Under the pieces are notes generated by a model that searched no databases, was not told where the DNA came from, and saw only the letters and a program-made list of their open reading frames with translations. From positions 149,360 to 213,359 of the forward strand of contig JAFWJA010000021.1 of NCBI GenBank assembly GCA_017511805.1: a stretch of 64,000 nt of DNA, written 5' to 3'. Made by a program: the position numbers and the translations under genes. Shown piece after piece: positions 38,615-47,582 of the stretch (its first letter is position 1; every line of letters begins with the position of its first letter). This DNA comes from Bacilli bacterium. Its GTDB lineage: Bacteria; Bacillota_I; Bacilli_A; RF39; UBA660.

Positions 38615-39346
38615 TTACATTACTTTTCTTTTATTTTCTTCAACTGTATCTCTGTTTTCAAGTTCTTCTCTATAATTTTTAAGTATTCTTAATTGTTCTT
38701 CTATTTCTTTATTCCTATCTTCTTCATTCTTAATTTCTTTACTATTATCAACTATTACTACATTATCTGTATCTTCTCTTTTTTGATCTAGATTCAAAAG
38801 TTCTTCATATCTTCTTTCTTTATCAGTTAATTTAAAACTAATATTATACATTTTTCTTTTTTTACTAGATACATCTGAATTACCCATAGTTAATTTTGCA
38901 AATAATAATCTAGATTCTTTTGCATCTGTTCTATTTAAATCTTCTATATAACCATTTTTTTCTAAATCTTTTAATAGTTTATATGTTAGAGCATGACTAA
39001 CAGTACTATATTCTATTTTATTTCCTTCATCATCTTTTTCTTTTAATTCTATAAACATATTAACCGCTTCTTCTTTAAAAGCTTCTGTCTTATCTTTTTT
39101 ACCAAGTAGTTTTAAAAATCTAAATGGTTTTGCTAATGTATTTTGTACTATCTTACCATCATTAGAAACTGAAAATATAGAATTATCTACTTCATTTCCA
39201 GATATATCATCTGCTAATTTAGCAGCACTTATAGTAGCAACTGGGACCATCGCAATTATTATTGGTATATTTAAAGTAATAACTGCTGCAACTGCTGATC
39301 CTAATAATATTGTACTATGTAATATTGTTTTTAATGCTCTTTTCAT
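38615..39346 (-). CDS. Hypothetical membrane-anchored protein
   Basis: AGGGG RBS, N-terminal hydrophobic hairpin, C-terminal coiled coil. Confidence 0.75.
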   Translation of the reverse strand: MKRALKTILHSTILLGSAVAAVITLNIPIIIAMVPVATISAAKLADDISGNEVDNSIFSVSNDGKIVQNTLAKPFRFLKLLGKKDKTEAFKEEAVNMFIELKEKDDEGNKIEYSTVSHALTYKLLKDLEKNGYIEDLNRTDAKESRLLFAKLTMGNSDVSSKKRKMYNISFKLTDKERRYEELLNLDQKREDTDNVVIVDNSKEIKNEEDRNKEIEEQLRILKNYREELENRDTVEENKRKVM

Positions 39347-39447
39347 ATTATCCCCTCTATTATCATTGTATCAAATTATTTGACAGTATACTATAAAAAA
39401 TTAACAATTTATTGTAAAGTATGCTATAATTAAAATGGAGGGATACT

Positions 39448-39672
39448 ATGGAAGAAAACAAATTAGAAAATTATGTACCTTTTAATAGAGAGGAATATAC
39501 TACTGATAATCCAGAATATACAATAAAGCAAATTAAGGAAAACTATCCTGAGTCTGAAGGTTTTCATGTAGAAACTAAAATAGTTGATGCTGAAGGACCT
39601 ATTAAAGCAAGAGGTAGTAAAACTGTTATTGTAGATATTTATAAGGATAAGAGTAAAACAAAAGCATTTTAA
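39448..39672 (+). CDS. Small hypothetical protein
   Basis: TGCTATAAT promoter, GGAGG RBS, hairpin aaagcattt-t-aaaatgcttt at the stop. Confidence 0.7.
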   Translation: MEENKLENYVPFNREEYTTDNPEYTIKQIKENYPESEGFHVETKIVDAEGPIKARGSKTVIVDIYKDKSKTKAF

Positions 39673-39711
39673 AATGCTTTTTATTTTGGTATAATGTAAT
39701 AGGGTGTTAAA

Positions 39712-41844
39712 ATGAACGAAGATATAATAAAACAAATAGCAATTGAATTAAAAATTAAAGATGAACAAGTATCTAAAACTCTTTCTATGTTAGAAGAAGG
39801 AAATACTATTCCTTTTATCGCAAGATATAGAAAAGAAGTAACTGGTAATCTAGATGAAGATGCAATAAAAGCAATATCTGATGTATATGAATACCAGGTT
39901 AATCTATTAAAAAGAAAAGAAGATGTAATTAGATTAATTGATGAAAAAGGTCTTCTTACTGATGAATTAAAAGATCAAATAATGAAAGCAGAAAAACTAG
40001 TAGACGTTGAAGATATATATAGACCATATAAAGAAAAGAAAAAGACTAAAGCAACTGAAGCTATTAAGAATGGATTAGAGCCACTAGCAAAGATCATATT
40101 ATCTTTTCCAGATACTTTATATGTGGATAAGTTTATTAATGAAAATGTTAAAACAAAAGAAGATGCTATACAAGGAGCAATGTATATAATCGCTGAATAT
40201 ATTTCAGATAATGCTTATTATAGAAAATGGATTAGAAATTTTACTTATAAAACAGGTATAATTAAATCTAAAATAAAAAAGAATGCTGTTGATGAAAAGA
40301 AGACATACGAAATGTATTATGAATATGAAGAAGAAGTTAAATCTATTAAACCTCATAGAGTACTAGCTTTAAATAGAGGAGAAAATGAAGATGTATTATC
40401 TGTTTCAATAGAGGTAGATAAAAATAAGATATATTCGTTTTTAGAAGGTAAAATGATAAAAAAAGAAAATGAATGTGCAGAACTTGTTAGAGAATCTATA
40501 AAAGATAGTTATGCTAGATTAATAGAACCTTCAATTGAAAGAGAAATAAGAAGTGATTTAACTGAAACTGCAGGAGATGTAGCAATAGAAAACTTTGGTA
40601 AGAACTTAGAAAGTTTACTATTACAACCACCAATTAAAAATAAGAGAGTACTTGCTTTTGACCCAGGGTATACTAATGGATGTAAACTTGCTTGCCTAGA
40701 TGAGACTGGTAAATATTTATATTCATGTGTTATTAAACCATTCGCATCAAGTGAAAAGTCATTAATAGATTCTAAGAATACATTATTAAAATTAATTAAA
40801 GAATATAAAATAGATATAGTTTCTATAGGTAATGGAACAGCATCAAGAGAATCTGAAAAACTAGTATCAGATTTAATAAAAGAATATAACTTAGATACTA
40901 AATATATAATTGTTAATGAAGCAGGAGCATCTATTTATAGTACTGAAAAAGTAGCGCAAGAAGAATTTCCTGATCTTTCTCCAAATGAAAGAAGTGCTGT
41001 TTCAATAGGTAGAAGACTTCAAGATTCACTAGCAGAACTTGTTAAAATACCACCTGATGGAATAGGAGTAGGTCTATATCAACATGATGTTTCAAAAACT
41101 AAACTAAAAGATAGACTAGATTTCGTAGTAGAAAAAGCTGTTAATACAGTAGGAGTTAATATTAATACAGCATCTACTTCAATATTAAAATATATTTCTG
41201 GTTTAACTAAAAAATCTATTGAAAAATTAATTGAATATAGAAATAAAAATGGTTTATTTAAAAATAGAAAAGAAATAGAAAAATTATTAACTCCTAAAAC
41301 ATATGAACAAGCAATAGGTTTTATTAGAGTACCAAATAGTGATAATGCTCTAGATAAAACAGCAATCCACCCAGAAAGTTATGGTATTGCTAATAACTTA
41401 TTAAAACAAATATCTTGTTCTGAATTAGATTTAGGTACTGATAAACTTATTACTAAATTAGATAATATAGATTTAGAAAAAGAATCTAAAGAATTAGGTA
41501 CTGATATTTATACACTAGAAGATATAGTAAAATCACTTCAAAAACCTAATAGAGATCCAAGAGATGAATTAGATGCACCTATCTTAAAAAGTAATGTACT
41601 AGAAATAGATGACTTAGAAAAAGGGATGAAACTAGAAGGTACAGTTAGAAATGTAGTAGACTTTGGAGCATTTATAGACATAGGACTTCATAATGATGGT
41701 CTAGTACATATATCAGAAATATCAGATAGTTATATTAAACATCCATCAGATGTATTATCAGTAGGTGATGTAGTAACTGTTTATGTTAAAGACATATTTA
41801 AAGATAAAGAAAAAGTAGCTTTAACTATGAAAGAAGATAAATAA
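39712..41844 (+). CDS. tex: Tex/YhgF RNA-binding transcription accessory protein
   Basis: EGNTIPFIARYRKE, DPGYTNGCK, IGNGTASRE, NEAGASIYS, HPESY, C-terminal S1 (GTVRNVVDFGAFIDIG). Confidence 0.93.
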   Translation: MNEDIIKQIAIELKIKDEQVSKTLSMLEEGNTIPFIARYRKEVTGNLDEDAIKAISDVYEYQVNLLKRKEDVIRLIDEKGLLTDELKDQIMKAEKLVDVEDIYRPYKEKKKTKATEAIKNGLEPLAKIILSFPDTLYVDKFINENVKTKEDAIQGAMYIIAEYISDNAYYRKWIRNFTYKTGIIKSKIKKNAVDEKKTYEMYYEYEEEVKSIKPHRVLALNRGENEDVLSVSIEVDKNKIYSFLEGKMIKKENECAELVRESIKDSYARLIEPSIEREIRSDLTETAGDVAIENFGKNLESLLLQPPIKNKRVLAFDPGYTNGCKLACLDETGKYLYSCVIKPFASSEKSLIDSKNTLLKLIKEYKIDIVSIGNGTASRESEKLVSDLIKEYNLDTKYIIVNEAGASIYSTEKVAQEEFPDLSPNERSAVSIGRRLQDSLAELVKIPPDGIGVGLYQHDVSKTKLKDRLDFVVEKAVNTVGVNINTASTSILKYISGLTKKSIEKLIEYRNKNGLFKNRKEIEKLLTPKTYEQAIGFIRVPNSDNALDKTAIHPESYGIANNLLKQISCSELDLGTDKLITKLDNIDLEKESKELGTDIYTLEDIVKSLQKPNRDPRDELDAPILKSNVLEIDDLEKGMKLEGTVRNVVDFGAFIDIGLHNDGLVHISEISDSYIKHPSDVLSVGDVVTVYVKDIFKDKEKVALTMKEDK

Positions 41845-41922
41845 TTTTACTTTTTACTAAAATATGTTATTATGTGTTATACTTTAAATGGTATGAACCA
41901 TTTGGTTTGGAATTTTGGTAAT

Positions 41923-41950
41923 AAAAAACTGATTATTTAATCAGTTTTTT
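41923..41950. terminator. Bidirectional terminator (tex / hisS)
   Basis: aaaaaactgatta-tt-taatcagtttttt. Confidence 0.75.
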
Positions 41951-43210
41951 TATGTCTTCTATTTCTGTTTCACTATTATTAAACATATCTTTTATTTTGA
42001 AACATTTATTATTTATTTCATCTTGACCTAATACTATTACATATTGAATCTTTTCTTTATTTGCGTATTCCATACTTCTCTTTAGTTTTTTATTATTCAT
42101 TTCTATTTCTACTTTATATCCCATATTTCTTAAATCATTAGCTAGTTTTAAAGCTTCAATATTAGTATCAAGTGGAATAATAAATATATCTGTTTCAGAT
42201 TTATTATTAAATATATCTTTATCTTTTATTAATTCATATATTGATGATAAACCAAAACTAATACCTACTGCTGGATAACTATTACCATCATTAATATAAG
42301 TACCAACTATATTATCATATCTTCCACCAGCTCCTATTGAACTAGTTAGTTTCTTAGATTTATCAAATACTTCAAACACATTACCTGTATAATAGTTTTG
42401 ACCTCTAGCTAGGCTTATAGAAAATTCACAAATATCATTAATACCTATACCTTTTAAATAAGTATCTAGATCTTTTATTTCAGTTAAACCAGTTTTAATT
42501 TTGTTATTATTAGTATTATTAAAAGTATTTAGTAATTCATCTAAATTCATATTAAAGTATTTATTAATATTATCTATTTGTATATTATTTAGACTTAATT
42601 TTTTTAACATATTATCTAGTTCTTCAGTACCAAGTTTTTCTTTTTTATCTAGAATAGTAGTTACACTTGGAACTAATTCTTCATTAATACCTGATTCTAT
42701 TATTAAACCAGTCATTAAGTTTCTACTATTATATTTTATATAAATATCTAAATCTAATTTCTTAAATACATTAACATATATAGATAATAATTCAGCTTCT
42801 ATTAACTGACCTGGTATTCCTACAACATCTATATCACATTGAGTAAACTCTCTATCTCTTCCTTTTTTAATAGGTCCATCTCTAAATACTTTAGCTATTT
42901 CATATCTTTTAAATGGAAAAGAAATAGTATTTTTATTTAGCGCTATTAACTTAGCAAATGGTACAGTTAAATCATATCTTAATCCTAAATCTCTATCACC
43001 TTGATCTTTAAGTCTATATATTTCTTTTAATATATCATTATTCTCATCATATTTATCACTTAATATATCATAATAAGATAGAATAGGGGTCTCAATTGAT
43101 TTATATCCATATTCCTCAAAAGTTTCAATTAATATTTTGTTTATATAATTTCTAATTCTTTGTTCTTTAGGTAAGTAATCATAACTACCTTTAACATTTT
43201 GTATTTTCAT
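41933..43210 (-). CDS. hisS: Histidine--tRNA ligase
   Basis: VKGSYD, GLRYDLTVPFA, FRDGPIKKGRDREFTQCDID, LARGQNYYTG, GAGGRYD, C-terminal anticodon-binding domain. Confidence 0.95.
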   Translation of the reverse strand: MKIQNVKGSYDYLPKEQRIRNYINKILIETFEEYGYKSIETPILSYYDILSDKYDENNDILKEIYRLKDQGDRDLGLRYDLTVPFAKLIALNKNTISFPFKRYEIAKVFRDGPIKKGRDREFTQCDIDVVGIPGQLIEAELLSIYVNVFKKLDLDIYIKYNSRNLMTGLIIESGINEELVPSVTTILDKKEKLGTEELDNMLKKLSLNNIQIDNINKYFNMNLDELLNTFNNTNNNKIKTGLTEIKDLDTYLKGIGINDICEFSISLARGQNYYTGNVFEVFDKSKKLTSSIGAGGRYDNIVGTYINDGNSYPAVGISFGLSSIYELIKDKDIFNNKSETDIFIIPLDTNIEALKLANDLRNMGYKVEIEMNNKKLKRSMEYANKEKIQYVIVLGQDEINNKCFKIKDMFNNSETEIEDIKKLIK

Positions 43211-43739
43211 ATTTTTTCACTCCCTCTTTTATTGCTTTTTCTAGAGCTTCTTCTTCAGTACTTGCACTTATACACTTTAATCTTTTTCTTTCATCAAAAT
43301 AATTATTAGACATTTTAGAAGCCCAACCACCAAATTTATCAATAGTTATTATTGGTATATTTGCTTGATATGCAATTGCCATCTCTGTTAATGTTCCAGA
43401 ACCTCCTGAAATTGCTATTATTACATCACAAGATAAAACTAGATTAAATTCTCTTCCTCCGCCAATTTCAAGTCCTGAATTAATTAGTATAGTAGGTCTA
43501 AATTTACCATATATACTTTTATCTTTACCTCCAGCGATACCTACAGTAATACCACCATTTTTACTAGCAGCTTTAGCAGCTTCTGTAGATAATGATGAAT
43601 ATTCTTTTTCCGCTCCATAAACTAATATATTTCCTGATTTAGCGATAAGTTCTCCTAAATTTTTAGCAAATTTAAGAGTTTCATCGCTATATTTTAAATC
43701 AGCTGCTGATCCCATTATTCCTATTTGTATTTTTCTCAT
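43191..43739 (-). CDS. LOG/SLOG family protein (TIGR00725-like)
   Basis: QIGIMGS, LGELIA..G, GGITVGI, REFNLVLSCDVIIAISGGSGTLTEMAIAY. Confidence 0.85.
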   Translation of the reverse strand: MRKIQIGIMGSAADLKYSDETLKFAKNLGELIAKSGNILVYGAEKEYSSLSTEAAKAASKNGGITVGIAGGKDKSIYGKFRPTILINSGLEIGGGREFNLVLSCDVIIAISGGSGTLTEMAIAYQANIPIITIDKFGGWASKMSNNYFDERKRLKCISASTEEEALEKAIKEGVKKYENTKC

Positions 43740-44618
43740 ATTCTTTTTAACTCCTTTTTTAATGTTTTTACAATTTCTTCATTTTTATTTGTATTTATAA
43801 TATTTTCTGGTAATTCTTTTATTAATGTTTTTTTATTTCTTAATTTATCTATTTCATTCCAAAGATAAATGCTTCTTTTTATACATTCTTTAGAAAAATC
43901 TAATTCTTTATCTAAAGGAATAGATGCTCTTTCATTAGGATTACCATAAGGCATAAAATAAGGTGCCTTTAATAAACCATTATTTGTTTTAATCATTATT
44001 CCAGATCCAGCGATTCCGAAATAGAAATCTCTTTCACAAACTTGGTCTATTACATCATACATAATATAATTTGTTATAATTCCATATTTTAAATTATCCT
44101 TAAAATAGTCATATCCTTCATCTGAACATATAGAAGATATTACTCTTATTACCACTATATCTTTTTCTTTAAATTTGTTAATGATAGTTTTAAAAACAGT
44201 TCCAGAAAATATTACATCATCTGCAAGTATTATTTTTTTACTATTAATAGTTCTTGATAATCTATCAATTTGTGAATCTAAAGATTCACTTTTTCTTGAT
44301 ACAATTTCATTTGTACCATTTATTCTTGTACAATCTAGAAAATATATATTTTTTTCATCTGGTTTAATAAATATTTTATCTAGAGTAACAATGGGGATAT
44401 TCACCACCAATTAACTTGTTTACTTCAAGCATTTCTTCTTCTGTAACAATTGTTACATTATCAAATACTTGATTAATATTATTTTTAAAATCTTTTCTAA
44501 CATTTTCAATAATTTTACTGTTTGGTACTGCATCATATTTATAATCAAATGCATTTATACCATTTAATATTCTTTCTATGTCTTCACTTAAAACAAATCC
44601 TTTTTTAATTTCTTTCAT
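43736..44618 (-). pseudogene. Type I phosphoribosyltransferase-like gene split by a single extra base (pseudogene, programmed frameshift or sequencing error)
   Basis: ORF 44376-44618 has the AAGGAG RBS; removing one C from TAT-CCC-C-ATT (GGGG at 44393-44396 on +) fuses it to ORF 43736-44410 (EYPIVTLDK...) giving 293 aa; PRPP-binding loop IILADDVIFSGT. Confidence 0.65.
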
Positions 44619-44644
44619 AAATAATCTCCTTCTTTCTATTTTTT

Positions 44645-44682
44645 TTAAATAAAAAATGCTACTGCAGTGCTTGCAGTAGCAT
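44645..44682 (-). terminator. Attenuator terminator upstream of the PRTase-LOG-hisS operon
   Basis: Minus strand ATGCTACTGCA-AGCAC-TGCAGTAGCAT followed by a T tract. Confidence 0.85.
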
Positions 44683-44751
44683 AATAGAGACTATTTATCG
44701 TTTATTATACTAGATACAAGCACGACAAATAGCACTTGTACCTACGATCTT

Positions 44752-44820
44752 TTAATGTCGTATTAACAAGTGCAGACTATTATGATGCATATTTTGTCTA
44801 ATTATTAATTCAATTTTCAT
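44752..44820 (-). CDS. His-rich leader peptide (MKIELIIRQNMHHNSLHLLIRH)
   Basis: AGAAGGAG RBS, 22 codons with four His, lying between a consensus promoter and the attenuator terminator upstream of hisS. Confidence 0.8.
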   Translation of the reverse strand: MKIELIIRQNMHHNSLHLLIRH

Positions 44821-44850
44821 AATAATCTCTCCTTCTTGAAAATTTATTTA

Positions 44851-44879
44851 ATGATATCATATATGTTTTTTTATGTCAA
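44851..44879 (-). promoter_or_regulatory. sigmaA promoter of the His-leader operon
   Basis: TTGACA-N17-TATCAT with TG extended -10, overlapping the end of the ORF6N gene. Confidence 0.8.
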
Positions 44880-45756
44880 TTTTGTTGATTAATGAATTAA
44901 TATATTCTTTATCTTCAATCATATTAATACCAAAACAATATTTACCTACATCTTTGATAGATGAACCTAAATGATATAGTTCATTTTTATCGATAATAAT
45001 AAATCTATCATGAAAAGAATCTTTTTGAATAATAGTTATATTATTATATTGTTCTTTATATTTTTTAATTAAGGTGTCATCCATATTTTTTGACACTATA
45101 AAAACATCTACTTTTATTTTACTCACTAAATCTAATACTTTTTTATCTGCATAATTGTCTATTATAATTATTTCTTTTTTACTTTTATTAAAAATGTCTA
45201 GCAAAAGTGAGTAAGCATCATATATTTGATTTTTAAAAAATATTTTGTTTTTTTTATTACCATAGTTTTCAAATATTTCATTAAACTTATTGTCAAATTC
45301 TATTATCTTATTATCATGTTTAATGACAAGATTATTAATAAATTCTTGATTATATTCATTATTAGAAATGATATAATCTTTCATTTCTTTAAATAATAAT
45401 ATTAATGATTTACTTTGTTCAACAGCTTTTTTTCCTTTTAAAACAGTCATAAGCATATATATTCCTTGTTCTGTGAAGGCATAAGGGAAATATTTTATAT
45501 TGAAACCTCTACCATGTTTTTTGTTCAAGGTCAAATTTTTTGACCTTGAAAGTTCATTTACATCTTTTTCAGTTAATTGAAATCTAAATTCATTATCAAA
45601 TCTTTCTATGTTATTTTTAACCTGTTGATTAAATGCTTTTGTGGTATAACCATATATTTTTGCCAAATCAAAATCAAGCATTACTTTTCTTCCTCTTATT
45701 TCATATATTTTATCTTTTAAATCTTCTTTTTCTACTATAGCTAATTCTGTATTCAT
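44857..45756 (-). CDS. ORF6N-domain DNA-binding protein with C-terminal PLD-like segment
   Basis: KIYEIRGRKVMLDFDLAKIYG...NQQVKNNIERF...PYAFTEQGIYML; FHDRFIIID...YHLGSSIKD. Confidence 0.85.
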   Translation of the reverse strand: MNTELAIVEKEDLKDKIYEIRGRKVMLDFDLAKIYGYTTKAFNQQVKNNIERFDNEFRFQLTEKDVNELSRSKNLTLNKKHGRGFNIKYFPYAFTEQGIYMLMTVLKGKKAVEQSKSLILLFKEMKDYIISNNEYNQEFINNLVIKHDNKIIEFDNKFNEIFENYGNKKNKIFFKNQIYDAYSLLLDIFNKSKKEIIIIDNYADKKVLDLVSKIKVDVFIVSKNMDDTLIKKYKEQYNNITIIQKDSFHDRFIIIDKNELYHLGSSIKDVGKYCFGINMIEDKEYINSLINKIDIKKHI

Positions 45757-45851
45757 AAAGCACCCCCCTAAAGATTATATTCTCCATAAAAATAAAAAAT
45801 CTCTTACAAAATATAATAATTATTGTATAATTTTATTAAGGAGTGTTAATT

Positions 45852-46346
45852 ATGGCTGAACTAAGAGATTTATATGATATAAATAGTAATAAAACTGATA
45901 AGACTTATTATAAGGGTGATCCTATACCTGAAGGATATTATCCAATGGTAGTAATGATTGCAATTCAAAATAGTGAAGGTAAGTTCTTGATGCAAAAGAG
46001 AGTTCCATCTAAAGGAGGAGACTGGGGTGTTACCGGAGGTCATCCTAAATCAGGAGAAAGTCCTGCTGAAGGTATTATTACTGAAGTAAAAGAAGAACTA
46101 GGTATAGATATATCTAATAATAAGATAATAGAATTTAATTCTGGTTGTGATGGAGTAGATTGTTATAAGATGTATTATACTAATATGGATTTAGATATAG
46201 AAAAATTAAATATCCAAAAAGAAGAATTAACTGAAGTTAGATGGTTTTCTATGAAAGAATTAGAGGATATGGTTGATAATAAAGAATTAAATGAAAATCA
46301 AGTAGCGTTCTTTAAGAAATGTGAAAAGTATATAAATGAAAGATAG
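45852..46346 (+). CDS. NUDIX hydrolase
   Basis: GGHPKSGESPAEGIITEVKEELG; QKEELTEVRW. Confidence 0.85.
   Translation: MAELRDLYDINSNKTDKTYYKGDPIPEGYYPMVVMIAIQNSEGKFLMQKRVPSKGGDWGVTGGHPKSGESPAEGIITEVKEELGIDISNNKIIEFNSGCDGVDCYKMYYTNMDLDIEKLNIQKEELTEVRWFSMKELEDMVDNKELNENQVAFFKKCEKYINER
46267..46325 (+). repeat. 59-bp direct repeat, copy 1 (3' end of NUDIX gene)
   Basis: Matches 47504-47562 with 4 mismatches. Confidence 0.85.
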
Positions 46347-46356
46347 AGGTGATATT

Positions 46357-46917
46357 ATGAATAAAGTAACTTTTATTACAGGTAATAAACATAAACTAGA
46401 AATAGCTAATTCAGTTCTAAATATGTATGATATAGAAGTTGAGAACATCGATTTAGAACCTGATGAAGTACAAGATACTGATATAGAAGTAATTTCAGCT
46501 AAAAGTGCTTTATATGCTTCTAAAGAAATAAATAAACCAGTTATTAAAACAGATGTTGGTTTTGAATTTGAAGCATTAAACGGTTTCCCAGGCGCTTTTG
46601 GTAAGTATGTTTTTAAATGGTTAGGTACAGAAGGAATATTAAAACTACTAGAAGATAAAACTAATAGAAAAGCTAAATCAATAGAAGTACTAGCATATGC
46701 AGAACCTAATGGTTTTACTAAAACATTTAGAATGGATACTGAATTAAATATAAGAACTGAAGCAAAAGGAACAGGTTCTGTTATGGATCAGTTAATGGAA
46801 ATAAAGGGGCAAAAATCTAATTACGGAAGTTTAACTTCTGAAGAAAAATTAGAATGGTGGAAAAATACAGATAATTATTTCCATGAATTTGCAAAATGGT
46901 ATAAGGAAAGGAAATAA
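46357..46917 (+). CDS. Ham1/ITPase-family non-canonical purine NTP pyrophosphatase
   Basis: FITGNKHK, EVQ, KTDVGFEFEALNGFPGAFGK; C-terminal SHR motif absent. Confidence 0.8.
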   Translation: MNKVTFITGNKHKLEIANSVLNMYDIEVENIDLEPDEVQDTDIEVISAKSALYASKEINKPVIKTDVGFEFEALNGFPGAFGKYVFKWLGTEGILKLLEDKTNRKAKSIEVLAYAEPNGFTKTFRMDTELNIRTEAKGTGSVMDQLMEIKGQKSNYGSLTSEEKLEWWKNTDNYFHEFAKWYKERK

Positions 46918-46919
46918 GT

Positions 46920-47429
46920 ATGAAAGAAGTATTTATCAACAAAGACAATTTATTAGAATCAGATATTGATGAAGTAGTTGTTAGAACTAAAGCTTTAATA
47001 ATAAATGATAAAGAAGAAATAACTTTAGTTTATTCTCATCAATCATTTCAATTTCCTGGTGGTCATTTAGAAGAAGGCGAAACAATAGAAGATTGCCTAA
47101 AAAGAGAAGTAAAAGAAGAAACAGGAATAGATTTAGATGGTAAGATGGAACTATTTTATAAAATAAGATATTTTAATAAGAATTATAGAAATACAAATAA
47201 GAATAGAGAAAATGATATATATTATTATATAGTTAGAACTAATAAAAAATATGATATAGATAGTGTTTCATTAGATGAATGGGAAAAAGATGGTAATATG
47301 AAAATTATACAAATTCCTATGAAAGATGTAGAAGAAACATTAATGAAAACAGTTAATGATAATAGTATTAATAAAATAATATACGAGGAAATGATGGAAG
47401 TAATAAATGAATATTTAAATAGAAAGTGA
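46920..47429 (+). CDS. NUDIX hydrolase (paralog of 27983-28510)
   Basis: FPGGHLEEGETIEDCLKREVKEETG. Confidence 0.88.
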   Translation: MKEVFINKDNLLESDIDEVVVRTKALIINDKEEITLVYSHQSFQFPGGHLEEGETIEDCLKREVKEETGIDLDGKMELFYKIRYFNKNYRNTNKNRENDIYYYIVRTNKKYDIDSVSLDEWEKDGNMKIIQIPMKDVEETLMKTVNDNSINKIIYEEMMEVINEYLNRK

Positions 47430-47433
47430 TATT

Positions 47434-47580
47434 ATGGAAAAACAGTATACTTAACTACTAATAAAGGTTAATTTGAAGAAACTATGCATATATTTAAAGA
47501 TAAATATGGTTAATAATAATGAATTAAATAAAAATCAAGTAGCATTCTTTAAGAAATGTGAAGAGTTTATTAAGGAGATT
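47434..47580 (+). pseudogene. Fused remnant: Ham1-like 5' fragment plus NUDIX 3' fragment (repeat copy 2 at 47504-47562)
   Basis: Broken frame reads VYLTTNKG*FEE...KDKYG, then joins the 59-bp copy of the first NUDIX gene end. Confidence 0.5.
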
Positions 47581-47582
47581 AT

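Noticed and set aside
44857-45756. Prophage or mobile element suggested by the ORF6N gene
   Set aside because: No integrase, transposase, structural genes or att-like repeats nearby; treated as a solitary gene.
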